A stretch of 43,469 nt of DNA from Candidatus Parcubacteria bacterium (GCA_019661945.1 JAIFWI010000004.1:1-43469), one strand, 5' to 3'; positions 1 through 8,505 are shown, counted from the first letter of the stretch. Translations and numbers: made by a program. The notes: generated by a model from the sequence alone, not told the origin.

Positions 1-1
1 A

Positions 2-490
2 TTACCGTCCAGAGCGTACAGGACGTGGCGGGTATGGCGGTGGGCTGCCATGCTGCCTGTGCACACTGTTTATGAAGCTGTGTGCAACAAGCGTTAGGTT
101 GAAGTAGTCGTAGATTGCCGCCACAACCACTGCAGTCGCTGACCACTCCAAGAGCATCATGCCGGTGACTGTGTTCTCCACAGTGCCGAACCATGCCTCG
201 CTCATCGAGGTAATCCGCCGGCCGTTCGCCGTGAACTTCTCATGCGTGTCGCTAGCACCCGGCGCCAAGCCGTAGGCCAGGATCCGCCCGAGGGTCTGAG
301 GATTCATCCTCACCACCCTCATAAGCACATCCTGGAACACCTGCTTGGAAAAGGACTGCGGCGAGAAGTGGTTACGAACAGTGTCGAGGGTGATTCTGCA
401 TTCACCCGCGATCTGCTTCGCGATGTTCTCGAGGTACAGCTGGTTCATCTGCTCTTGAGTGCGGACGGATGCCGTTAGTGCAGTTCTCAT
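2..490 (-). CDS. Hypothetical protein
   Basis: ORF track gives 2..547 (GTG). ATG at 490 has a strong SD (GAAAGGAGAAAAA-ATG), so I prefer it. No recognisable domain; Pro-rich C-terminus. Confidence 0.65.
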   Translation of the reverse strand: MRTALTASVRTQEQMNQLYLENIAKQIAGECRITLDTVRNHFSPQSFSKQVFQDVLMRVVRMNPQTLGRILAYGLAPGASDTHEKFTANGRRITSMSEAWFGTVENTVTGMMLLEWSATAVVVAAIYDYFNLTLVAHSFINSVHRQHGSPPPYPPRPVRSGR

Positions 491-606
491 TTTTTCTCCT
501 TTCGGGAGATTCTCGTCACCACTATGGATGTAGATATCGAGAGACACCTACATAAGAATCCGAGATAGATTCTTTGACGACCCGATCGTGCCCAATCGAT
601 GCCAAT

Positions 607-635
607 ATAATATCATACTTCTAACGCAGGGTCAA
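607..635 (-). promoter_or_regulatory. Sigma70-type promoter for the 2..490 gene
   Basis: Minus strand reads TTGACC-17 nt-TATTAT, with TG-n before the -10 box. Confidence 0.55.
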
Positions 636-648
636 GTATTGAGATAGC

Positions 649-678
649 TTTGCTCGCTCTACAGGACGATTTTCGAAC
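649..678 (+). repeat. att-like motif copy A (TTTGCTC-N16-TTCGAAC)
   Basis: TTTGCTCGCTCTACAGGACGATTTTCGAAC. Same anchors and spacing as the copies at 1502 and 2008; resembles the antisense tRNA-Asn 3' end GCTC-N11-TTCGAAC at 3006-3027. Confidence 0.65.
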
Positions 679-746
679 TATTAAATGGGAGGAGGAATGT
701 CCTTTTCCAAGCATTACGTTAAAAGAAATACAGAGTTTATTAAAAT

Positions 747-777
747 AAAAAAAACACCCCAGGGTAAGCCGGGGTGT
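747..777 (-). terminator. Rho-independent terminator after the HExxH gene
   Basis: ACACCCC(754-760)/GGGGTGT(771-777) stem, followed on the minus strand by a T-run. Confidence 0.7.
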
Positions 778-809
778 GAGTGTGCCATGAAATACTGAGT
801 AGCCATCGA

Positions 810-1418
810 TTAAGCCTGGCGGTACATCCGGCGGATTTCTGCAATCCACTCGGGATGATCGGCACTTCGGCCGCAGGCAACCCACTTCTGGTAAAGTTTT
901 ACTTGCGATTCGAGGACGGGTTTGCGGGTTGTCGCAAAGTGCTCAAGTGTGTGTTCGCAGGTTTCGCCATGTGCCAACCGTTCGAACTCAATCATTTTTT
1001 CGTAATCGAGATCCGCCCCAATCCAACCGTTAGCCAGGTGTTCCATTTCGTGCATCATCCCGATTACTACAACCGCCTCAAAAGTAGCATTGATGAGGTG
1101 AGGGTCCTGAGTCAGAGATCGAAGCTTGTTCATCCCTGCCATGAAAGCTTGGATAAACACCGCAACGAGCGGTTTGCCATTTTCGATTTTGCACGCAATA
1201 GGATTGTACTCCACTTGCTTACCTGCCAGCTGGATAGCAGTGTTGTATGGTTGGACCAAGTAGCTCTGACTGTACCGCTGCACGATTCTGTTTGCGTTCA
1301 GGGTGTACCGTTCTTGGACTGGCCTCAAGCTGTACTTACCAGTCATGAGCTGGCTTACGTGGGGTTGAATCTCATTTTCCCAGAATGCAGTTGCCTCTTC
1401 GTGACTTGGCTGTTGCAT
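810..1418 (-). CDS. Hypothetical protein with HExxH zinc-metallopeptidase-like motif
   Basis: HEMEH plus a downstream ExxA (FERLAH), as in gluzincins. GGAG SD, upstream TTGACC-17-TATTAC, downstream terminator. Confidence 0.7.
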   Translation of the reverse strand: MQQPSHEEATAFWENEIQPHVSQLMTGKYSLRPVQERYTLNANRIVQRYSQSYLVQPYNTAIQLAGKQVEYNPIACKIENGKPLVAVFIQAFMAGMNKLRSLTQDPHLINATFEAVVVIGMMHEMEHLANGWIGADLDYEKMIEFERLAHGETCEHTLEHFATTRKPVLESQVKLYQKWVACGRSADHPEWIAEIRRMYRQA

Positions 1419-1501
1419 TAATGTGCTCCGGTATGAAGATCGTATTCAATGTAAAAGGACGCCATTACTGTAATAACATGATCAGATAGATAGGTCAAAT
1501 A

Positions 1502-1531
1502 TTTGCTCCAAGGGTTGGGAGCTGTTCGAAC
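1502..1531 (+). repeat. att-like motif copy B
   Basis: TTTGCTCCAAGGGTTGGGAGCTGTTCGAAC. Anchors and N16 spacing are conserved; the interior has diverged. Confidence 0.55.
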
Positions 1532-1538
1532 GTATCTT

Positions 1539-1961
1539 TTATATGGAAAATTCAATTATCCACTCAATGCCATATTTATCTCTAAACATGCCCGCATATG
1601 TTCCCCAAGGACTATCCCCCATTGGTCCTTCTACTTTTCCTCCAGCTGAAAGGCCACTAAATAATTTGTCTGCTTCTTCTTTGCTTTCGGTGTTTATTAT
1701 AATCTTACTTCTGTTTTCATTCTCATTTACTTTTCCCATTATTTCTGGAACATCATTTGCCATTAACATATTATTTTTACCGATGGGCAAAGTAATAAGC
1801 ATTATTTTATTTTCCTCGTTTTTTGCCACCGGGAATTCAGTACTTGCGATATCCTTGAAACGTATCACTTTTGCGAACTCTCCGCCGAATACTGATTTGT
1901 AAAAAGTAAAAGCTTCTTCAGCATTACCATTAAAGTTAATCCAAGGATTTATTGTTGCCAT
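1539..1961 (-). CDS. VOC family protein (PhnB/YjdN-like)
   Basis: INPWINFNGNAEEAFTFYKSVFGG at the N-terminus; WG..AGMFRDKYGIEWII at the C-terminus. Confidence 0.9.
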   Translation of the reverse strand: MATINPWINFNGNAEEAFTFYKSVFGGEFAKVIRFKDIASTEFPVAKNEENKIMLITLPIGKNNMLMANDVPEIMGKVNENENRSKIIINTESKEEADKLFSGLSAGGKVEGPMGDSPWGTYAGMFRDKYGIEWIIEFSI

Positions 1962-2007
1962 ACTTCAATGATATCAAATTAAATTAATTTGATGAAGCGT
2001 TTTTTAT

Positions 2008-2037
2008 TTTGCTCGCCCTGGTGGATGATTTTCGAAT
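2008..2037 (+). repeat. att-like motif copy C
   Basis: TTTGCTCGCCCTGGTGGATGATTTTCGAAT, close to copy A (shared GCyCT...GGAyGATTTTCGAA). Confidence 0.65.
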
Positions 2038-2072
2038 TTTTTTAATACGGAAAGAGTAATGGTGCCTGTTAT

Positions 2073-2978
2073 CTACTGGTCATTAAAGCAATTTTCAACT
2101 AGATCTACTGCTGTTTCATATACATGGATTTTTTCTGTCGCCATGGCATACCTTTTGCTGAGGAAATTTACAACAGACCCTATTCTTTCGGGGTTATGAA
2201 CGGTGACATAAATTTCTGAAATTGGGTTCCGAATAGTCAGGTTATTTAGGTTTACTTCTAAGCCGGCGCCGAGACCTATGATATATAGCTGTATAGCTGC
2301 AGTAATGTCATGTGTACTAAAAGTATGACTATGGCTTTCATGGCATGACACTGCATCTATATATTCACCACTATTTGTTTTATGAGTTTCCTGAACTCTG
2401 AATATGTGAGCCGAGTTTGTTTCCAGTTCGCGGTACAAACTGCCATGTGGGTATAGTGCATTTACTATCACATCTGATAACTGACTCAATCTACCGCGAC
2501 GAATTGAAAGACGGTCTTTTTGTGGTAAAAAACTAAAGTCGAGGAAATTATCCTCCAAAACGCGGTCATAGTTATAATTCACAAAAGCAATTTTTCCGTC
2601 GAGGTTTGGCTTAGTAAGAATTTTAACATTCAGTCGCTCCAACCATCCATTTTCGGGAGCTCGATACTTTTCCTCAAAAATATCCCGCATTACTTGGAAT
2701 ATGTCGTTCTCAATATCAAGACCGGTTGAGTGATACTTTTTTGCGCGAGATTCAATGCTTATACAAACATCGATTGTCGGATGGTCCTTACCACTTCCAA
2801 CTTTTTCCACCCACTCCGAGATGGCCTCTTTGTGTTTATAACGATTCACTGTATCGCGCTTCATATGCTCAAGAATTAAATCCTGTAGTTCATCCCAAAC
2901 TGGCAGGCCGTAGTCTACAGATGCTCCAGCTCCAAGAATGACAAGTCGTTTTACATTACTATTGGGGCGAAAATGCAT
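2073..2978 (-). CDS. SIR2-like (SIR2_2-type) NAD-binding domain protein, candidate defence effector
   Basis: LVILGAGAS..YGLP.W, FVNYNYDRVLE, YPHGS and YIIGLG match the motif series of bacterial sirtuin-like domains. Confidence 0.8.
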   Translation of the reverse strand: MHFRPNSNVKRLVILGAGASVDYGLPVWDELQDLILEHMKRDTVNRYKHKEAISEWVEKVGSGKDHPTIDVCISIESRAKKYHSTGLDIENDIFQVMRDIFEEKYRAPENGWLERLNVKILTKPNLDGKIAFVNYNYDRVLEDNFLDFSFLPQKDRLSIRRGRLSQLSDVIVNALYPHGSLYRELETNSAHIFRVQETHKTNSGEYIDAVSCHESHSHTFSTHDITAAIQLYIIGLGAGLEVNLNNLTIRNPISEIYVTVHNPERIGSVVNFLSKRYAMATEKIHVYETAVDLVENCFNDQ

Positions 2979-3006
2979 TGAATGTCATTATTAAAAAACT
3001 CTAGGG

Positions 3007-3078
3007 CTCCCCCGGCAGGATTCGAACCTGCGACCAATCGCTTAACAGGCGACTGCTCTACCGCTGAGCTACAGGGGA
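3007..3078 (-). tRNA. tRNA-Asn(GTT)
   Basis: TCCCCTGTAGCTCAGCGGTAGAGCAGTCGCCTGTTAAGCGATTGGTCGCAGGTTCGAATCCTGCCGGGGGAG folds as a cloverleaf with anticodon GTT. It is followed by CCC, so CCA is not encoded. Confidence 0.97.
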
Positions 3079-3156
3079 ATGTAAGAAAATAATATCAGAA
3101 TTTGCTGAATTGTAAACGCCGTGGTTGAGGTGAGCATACCTTGCTATACTAATAAT

Positions 3157-3321
3157 ATGAGTTCGAAATCGTTGATCTGGCTTTGTATGGTCATTGGTTC
3201 CACTATCGGCGGAGCTATTCCAAATCTATGGGGCGCGACTTTCCTATCAATGTCCTCTGTCTTTCTAACTGCCCTTGGCGGTATTGTCGGCATCTGGATT
3301 GGTTTTAATCTCAGCAGGTAA
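3157..3321 (+). CDS. Small membrane protein (two predicted TM helices)
   Basis: Hydrophobic, Gly-rich 54 aa from ATG 3157, which lies 6 nt after TGC-TATACT. The track start 3121 is a GTG. Confidence 0.7.
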   Translation: MSSKSLIWLCMVIGSTIGGAIPNLWGATFLSMSSVFLTALGGIVGIWIGFNLSR

Positions 3322-3433
3322 AATACTCTGCCGCTTTTTTATTCGACAATCTTATACATTCTAGTTATAGTACCTCCAGAGCTGTCTATTGTGGACAGCG
3401 TTTTTTGAGAAATTTTTTAGAGAGGAATAGACC

Positions 3434-4894
3434 ATGATCTCTGCGACCTCGGCCTTTCGGATTTACAAGTCGCCGCTGACGAGCCGTTACACGGGTGCAG
3501 CCATGCAGGAACTCTTCGGTGATCAGAGAAAGTTTACCACCTGGCGAATTCTCTGGTACAAGATGGCGTTCTGTCAGCACCGGCTTGGAGTGTCACGTGT
3601 GACCATGCCTCAAGTTGAAGAACTTGAGAGACATGTGAACATCACCGACGAAGAAATTCGGGCGGCCATGGCACTGGAGAAAACGCTGAAGCACGATGTC
3701 GTCGCTCACTCACAAACGTATGGAGTCGCCTGTCCCCTTGCGGCGCCGATTATCCACCTTGCATGCACCAGCATGTTCGTGTGCGACAACACCGATCTCA
3801 TCATCATGCGCGATGGCCTTGACCTCCTCATCACCAAACTCGTCCGATGTATCGATCGGATGGCCAAGCAAGCTGAGAAATGGGCACACCTGCCCACTCT
3901 CGGCTGGACTCATTTACAGCCCGCTCAACCAACAACGGTCGGCAAGCGCATTGCGATCTGGATGCAGGATCTGGTGATGGACCTTGAGGATCTTGTTTCG
4001 GTCAGGGATGGCATGAAGTTTCTCGGGGCCAAGGGAGCTACTGGTACTCAAGATAGCTACCTCAAGCTTTTTGGCGGAGATGACGAGAAGGTGCTGCAGC
4101 TCGACAGAATGATTACAAATAAGTGTGGCTTTACGTATACCATGTCTGCTGTCTGCGGGCAGACCTACACTCGGAAAGTTGATGCCAAGATTCTCTCAGT
4201 GCTCGGAGGTATCGGATCAAGCATCCACAAAATGATGCAGGATCTACGCCTACTTCAGCACATGAAAGAAATCGAAGAGCCGTTCGATGAAAGCCAGGTC
4301 GGCTCAAGCGCTATGGCCTACAAGCGCAATCCAATGCGTTCAGAGCGCGCCTGCGGTTTGGCTCGGCACAGTATCATGCTTCCTCTGGAAGCCCTGATGA
4401 CTCATGCCACGCAGATGTTTGAGCGAACGCTCGATGACAGCGCTCCCCGGAGAATTTATATTCCGGAAGCATTCTTGGCGGCAGATGCCACCTTGACGAT
4501 TGTCCAGAATGTCTTCGAGAGACTGGTTGTCTATCCGAAGATGATTCAAAGGAATCTGGCCGAGGAGCTACCTTTCATGGCCACCGAGGACATCATCGAC
4601 GCCGTGGTCAAGGTGGGCAAGAATCGCGCTGAATGCCACGAAAGACTGCGAGTCATTGCCCAAGAATCCGGCCGACAGGTTAAGGAAGAAGGCAAGGACA
4701 ATCCATTCATTGAATTGATCAAGGCCGATCCTTACTTCGAAGATGTCACAGAAGTTGTCGGCCAAGCTCTCAAGGGTGCAAACTTCATCGGCCGGGCCCC
4801 AGCTCAGACACGAACTTTCTTGAATAATGAAATCAGACCGGTTCTCAACCGGTACCGTGATCAACTCGAAGGCAGTAGCGAGCTTCGAGTTTAG
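3434..4894 (+). CDS. purB: Adenylosuccinate lyase
   Basis: YKSPLTSRY, KHDVVAH, GWTHLQPAQPTTVGKR and the signature SSAMAYKRNPMRSER; GAGG SD. Confidence 0.95.
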   Translation: MISATSAFRIYKSPLTSRYTGAAMQELFGDQRKFTTWRILWYKMAFCQHRLGVSRVTMPQVEELERHVNITDEEIRAAMALEKTLKHDVVAHSQTYGVACPLAAPIIHLACTSMFVCDNTDLIIMRDGLDLLITKLVRCIDRMAKQAEKWAHLPTLGWTHLQPAQPTTVGKRIAIWMQDLVMDLEDLVSVRDGMKFLGAKGATGTQDSYLKLFGGDDEKVLQLDRMITNKCGFTYTMSAVCGQTYTRKVDAKILSVLGGIGSSIHKMMQDLRLLQHMKEIEEPFDESQVGSSAMAYKRNPMRSERACGLARHSIMLPLEALMTHATQMFERTLDDSAPRRIYIPEAFLAADATLTIVQNVFERLVVYPKMIQRNLAEELPFMATEDIIDAVVKVGKNRAECHERLRVIAQESGRQVKEEGKDNPFIELIKADPYFEDVTEVVGQALKGANFIGRAPAQTRTFLNNEIRPVLNRYRDQLEGSSELRV

Positions 4895-4909
4895 TTCAGT
4901 TCTTTCCCG

Positions 4910-4934
4910 ACGGAGTAATGTTGCTCCGTTTTTT
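4910..4934 (+). terminator. Rho-independent terminator of purB
   Basis: ACGGAG...CTCCGT stem followed by a T-run, just after the stop codon. Confidence 0.7.
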
Positions 4935-4968
4935 ATACCCAAATTTTTAAGTACATTTTTTGCTGCCA

Positions 4969-4995
4969 TTGACAATACATAGATTTTGTTATAAT
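4969..4995 (+). promoter_or_regulatory. Sigma70-type promoter
   Basis: TTGACA (4969-4974) and TG-T-TATAAT (4990-4995); the spacer is short at 15 nt. Confidence 0.55.
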
Positions 4996-5050
4996 ATACA
5001 TACCAGTTGCACTGATTCCCTGTTCCCCATTCACACCAACGAGGTGAATC

Positions 5051-5389
5051 ATGACAGAGATACTTGCCTTCGTTGCTCTGGTTGTCCTGGCAGTCGGTAT
5101 CTTCCTCATCCTCTACGGCATCAGGATGATCCGTGAGCTTCGTCAGCTGGATATGATGTTCAAGATGACCGGCGAATGGGTCAAGCGCCAGATGCTGACA
5201 ACTCCTCTGTATGAAGGTGAGCCGACGTACATGAGGACATACCGCGTCGCCAAGGATGAAAGCGACGAGCAACTTGGCCGAATTGCGATCAAGGTCAACA
5301 CCGCGGTTTACTGCGGTGGCTCGATCCTTCTCGGCCTTGGGCTCTGCATCGCCGCTCTAATCTGGTTGACACAACTCGCCGCCGCGTAA
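5051..5389 (+). CDS. Hypothetical membrane protein (two predicted TM helices)
   Basis: GAGGTG SD, hydrophobic N- and C-terminal segments, own promoter and terminator. Confidence 0.75.
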   Translation: MTEILAFVALVVLAVGIFLILYGIRMIRELRQLDMMFKMTGEWVKRQMLTTPLYEGEPTYMRTYRVAKDESDEQLGRIAIKVNTAVYCGGSILLGLGLCIAALIWLTQLAAA

Positions 5390-5400
5390 TGAGCGAGCCG

Positions 5401-5434
5401 AAACACCCCCACAGTGAACCACTGGAGGGGGTTT
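5401..5434 (+). terminator. Probable terminator hairpin
   Basis: AAAC-ACCCCC-ACAGTG/CACTG-GAGGGGG-TTT imperfect stem followed by T-rich sequence. Confidence 0.55.
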
Positions 5435-5484
5435 ACTGTTTTATATAATTAAACTCTCTTTTTTATCAATGCTACTATATATAG

Positions 5485-6096
5485 ATGCTTAACCTTACTA
5501 AAAGCGAATTAGCGATTCTACGGAAGCTTAATACTCCTATTAAGATACAAGACTTTTTAGATACACTTCCAATTAATTTCGAAAAAAAGGGCAACACTAA
5601 TATGTCACCACGAAGAGTTCTTCGAGAAAAAAAAGCTCATTGTATGGAAGGAGCACTTCTGGCAGCGGCGGCTTTATGGCTCAATGGCCAGTCGCCGCTT
5701 TTGCTTGATCTTAAAGCCATGCCTCATGATGATGACCATGTAGTCACTTTGTATAAAATTAATGGCCTTTGGGGAGCAATCTCAAAAACAAATCATGCCA
5801 CATTGAGATTTCGCGATCCAATTTACAAAACAGTGCGCGAATTAGCCCTGTCATATTTCCACGAATATTTTCTCGAGAAAAACAGTAAAAAAGTCCTGTA
5901 CAGTTATTCCAAGCCCTTTAATTTAAAACGCTTTGGCCAAAATTGGATTACTTCTGAAGAAGATCTCTGGGATTTAGCTATAGATCTCGATGACTCACCT
6001 CACACCAGGCTTTTCCCTAAGAAAAATAAAAAATACTTCCGTAAAGCTGATGCCATGGAACGTAAAGCCGGCAAGCTTCTTGAATGGAAAAAATAG
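5485..6096 (+). CDS. Transglutaminase-like (Cys-His) domain hypothetical protein
   Basis: AHCMEGALLAAAAL and DDDHVVTLYK resemble a transglutaminase-like core. Confidence 0.65.
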   Translation: MLNLTKSELAILRKLNTPIKIQDFLDTLPINFEKKGNTNMSPRRVLREKKAHCMEGALLAAAALWLNGQSPLLLDLKAMPHDDDHVVTLYKINGLWGAISKTNHATLRFRDPIYKTVRELALSYFHEYFLEKNSKKVLYSYSKPFNLKRFGQNWITSEEDLWDLAIDLDDSPHTRLFPKKNKKYFRKADAMERKAGKLLEWKK

Positions 6097-6113
6097 AAGT
6101 GTATAATAGCTTT

Positions 6114-6599
6114 ATGCAAAAAATAGTTCCATCATTATGGTTTGATAATCAAGCAGAGGAAGCGGTGAAGTTATACACGTCACTGTTCGAAAATTCTAAA
6201 ATTTTAAGTGAAGCTCGGTATAATGCCGAAGGAGCTAAAGTTGCCGGTAGGCCTGAAGGTTCTATTATGACTATGGAATTTGAATTGAATGGTCAAAAAT
6301 TCATGGCATTAAACGGCGGTCCAATATTTAAATTTACCGAAGCTGTATCGTTCATGGTTAGCTGCGAGACACAGGAAGAAGTGGACAAATTTTGGAATGC
6401 CCTGACGGCAGACGGAGGACAAGAAAGTCAGTGTGGCTGGCTCAAAGATAAATTTGGTCTATCATGGCAAATTGTTCCCACAGCCTTAGGTAAAATGATG
6501 AGTAGCAAAGATCCCAAGAGAGCCCAACAAGCGATGCATGCCATGTTTCAAATGAAGAAACTCGATATTGCCAAGCTCCAAGAAGCATACGACAAATAA
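6114..6599 (+). CDS. VOC family protein (3-demethylubiquinone-9 3-methyltransferase-like domain)
   Basis: MQKIVPSLWFDNQAEEA, FMALNGGP.FKFTEAVSF and CGWLKDKFGLSWQIVP. ATG 6114 lies 6 nt after TATAAT. Confidence 0.92.
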   Translation: MQKIVPSLWFDNQAEEAVKLYTSLFENSKILSEARYNAEGAKVAGRPEGSIMTMEFELNGQKFMALNGGPIFKFTEAVSFMVSCETQEEVDKFWNALTADGGQESQCGWLKDKFGLSWQIVPTALGKMMSSKDPKRAQQAMHAMFQMKKLDIAKLQEAYDK

Positions 6600-6625
6600 A
6601 AGGATATAGGTGTATACTATGGGTA

Positions 6626-8197
6626 ATGGACAGACTTCCCATACGCCTTAGTCTGTGGTATTTAATACAACTCCTTTTCCTTTGTAATGCATACTTTTTC
6701 ACGGCTCGGCTAGGATTAAGCCTTGACGCCGTTGGTGGTTTTGCCACTCTTGTCTGGCCGCCAACCGCTATTGCCCTGGCAGCTCTCTATCTGTATGGAT
6801 ATCGTCTCTGGCCAGGAATTTTTCTTGGAGCATTTCTGGTAAATTTGTGGACTGGCGCACCAATCCTGGTTGCACTTGGAATAGGCATCGGAAATACACT
6901 CGAAGCAATTATCGGTATATATCTTTTACATCGTTTCGATGATTCACCTCACCTGTTTGAAAATGTCCGCAGTGTTGTCAAGTTCATATTTCTGGTTGCA
7001 TTTATTGCTACGCTCGTTAGCGCCACTATTGGAGTATTCAGTTTATGGCTTGGAGGAATAGTTCCCTCTTTAAATATACCAATTACTTTGTCCGCATGGT
7101 GGGTTGGAGATATACTCAGCGCCCTGATTATTTTTCCCCTACTCATCATTGTACTTTCAAAAAATTATACCAATACAATAAAATCAAATCCTTGGGAAGC
7201 AATTGGCCTGTTACTTATTACTACTATAATTAACGTTATAATATTTTGGTCACCATCTGGTGAATTGCGCGAAGCATCACTTTTATATCTTGTCTTTCTG
7301 CCGCTTACCTGGTCGGCATTTCGATTTGGTGTTTTTGGTACAGTTATAAGCATTTTCCTGACATCGAGAATTGCCATTTGGAGCACAGTGTATGAGCATG
7401 GTCCATTTGTTCAGATGTCTCTGAGCGAAGGGCTTACCTATTTACAATTATTTATGGCAGTAATTGCTATAACATTTTTGGTTTTTTCGGCAGTGGTTAG
7501 TGAACTGAAAAAAGCAGTAGCGACGCGAGATACTTTCATGAATATTGCCAGCCATGAATTAAAAACACCGATTACTAGTCTCAGACTTTATACACAAGTT
7601 ATAGAAAAACAAATTAACGGTCGTGAAGATATACCTATCCTTACCTCATCCCTATCGAAAATAAATAGGCAAATTGATAAATTAATGACACTTATTGAAG
7701 ATTTACTTAATGTTTCCAGAATTCAGCTGGATAAATTAGAATTACATCAAGAAGCATTTGACCTGCAGGTGCTTGTCCAAGAAGTAGTCAGCGATATTCA
7801 GGTAGATTCCTTACATCATACTATTGTCACCAAAGGGACACTTTCAAAAAATATATTTGCTGATCGAGATCGGATTGGACAAGTTTTGATTAATCTTCTG
7901 AATAATGCAATTAAATATTCTCCGCATGCCGATACAGTGCTTATTGTATTAAAAGATGAGAAGGACAAGGCTCGAGTTATTATTCAAGATTTTGGCATCG
8001 GCATTCATCCTGATCACCATCAGATAATTTTCAATCGCTTTTATCGGATAATAAGCGCCAATAATACTGAGATTCCCGGACTTGGAATAGGCCTCTTTAT
8101 TTCTCAAGAAATAATCCGCCGCCATGGAGGGCAGATAGAAATTAAAAGTGAATTAGGGAAAGGCTCTGAGTTTAGTTTCTGTTTAGCGTGTACATAG
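6626..8197 (+). CDS. MASE1-domain sensor histidine kinase
   Basis: MASE1-like TM region (VWPPTAIAL, WWVGD), H-box ASHELKTPIT, N-box NLLNNAIKYS, G-boxes DFGIGI and GLGIGL. Confidence 0.92.
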   Translation: MDRLPIRLSLWYLIQLLFLCNAYFFTARLGLSLDAVGGFATLVWPPTAIALAALYLYGYRLWPGIFLGAFLVNLWTGAPILVALGIGIGNTLEAIIGIYLLHRFDDSPHLFENVRSVVKFIFLVAFIATLVSATIGVFSLWLGGIVPSLNIPITLSAWWVGDILSALIIFPLLIIVLSKNYTNTIKSNPWEAIGLLLITTIINVIIFWSPSGELREASLLYLVFLPLTWSAFRFGVFGTVISIFLTSRIAIWSTVYEHGPFVQMSLSEGLTYLQLFMAVIAITFLVFSAVVSELKKAVATRDTFMNIASHELKTPITSLRLYTQVIEKQINGREDIPILTSSLSKINRQIDKLMTLIEDLLNVSRIQLDKLELHQEAFDLQVLVQEVVSDIQVDSLHHTIVTKGTLSKNIFADRDRIGQVLINLLNNAIKYSPHADTVLIVLKDEKDKARVIIQDFGIGIHPDHHQIIFNRFYRIISANNTEIPGLGIGLFISQEIIRRHGGQIEIKSELGKGSEFSFCLACT

Positions 8198-8214
8198 TAT
8201 AGTATACTGATCCT

Positions 8215-8505
8215 ATGAAAATTCGTAAATCAAACATTGGTTTAGTTTTATCACTCATATATATAGTAGTATCGATATTCTTTATTTCGACTCAGGGACT
8301 ATTGGGAGAAAGTTTCATTACCCTCATTCTCGGCTTGCCGTGGAGCATGATTCCAGCTTTCTTTGAATATGCTCATTCTACCAGTATTATTCTCTATATC
8401 TCGCTTATTGTGCCGCTTATTGTTAACGTATTTGTGCTCTATTGGATTGGCTCATTTTTTGACCGGAAAAAACCTGAGGCTACATTCCCACCTTCCCATC
8501 TTTAA
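8215..8505 (+). CDS. Hypothetical membrane protein
   Basis: Hydrophobic 96-aa ORF with TATACT 6 nt upstream of the ATG. Confidence 0.7.
   Translation: MKIRKSNIGLVLSLIYIVVSIFFISTQGLLGESFITLILGLPWSMIPAFFEYAHSTSIILYISLIVPLIVNVFVLYWIGSFFDRKKPEATFPPSHL

Noticed and set aside
581-606. Short imperfect tandem CCCGATCGTG/CCCAATCGATG/CCAAT
   Set aside because: Too short and degenerate to distinguish from chance.
780-1421. 213-aa plus-strand ORF antisense to the HExxH gene
   Set aside because: The minus-strand gene has the SD, promoter, terminator and a motif; this frame has none, so it is likely a shadow ORF.
4568-5272. 234-aa minus-strand ORF
   Set aside because: It overlaps purB and the 5051 gene antisense and crosses their promoter and terminator, with no motif.
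8502-8505. Short stop-codon overlaps of convergent genes (also 19449, 23881, 41950)
   Set aside because: An ordinary feature of compact genomes.
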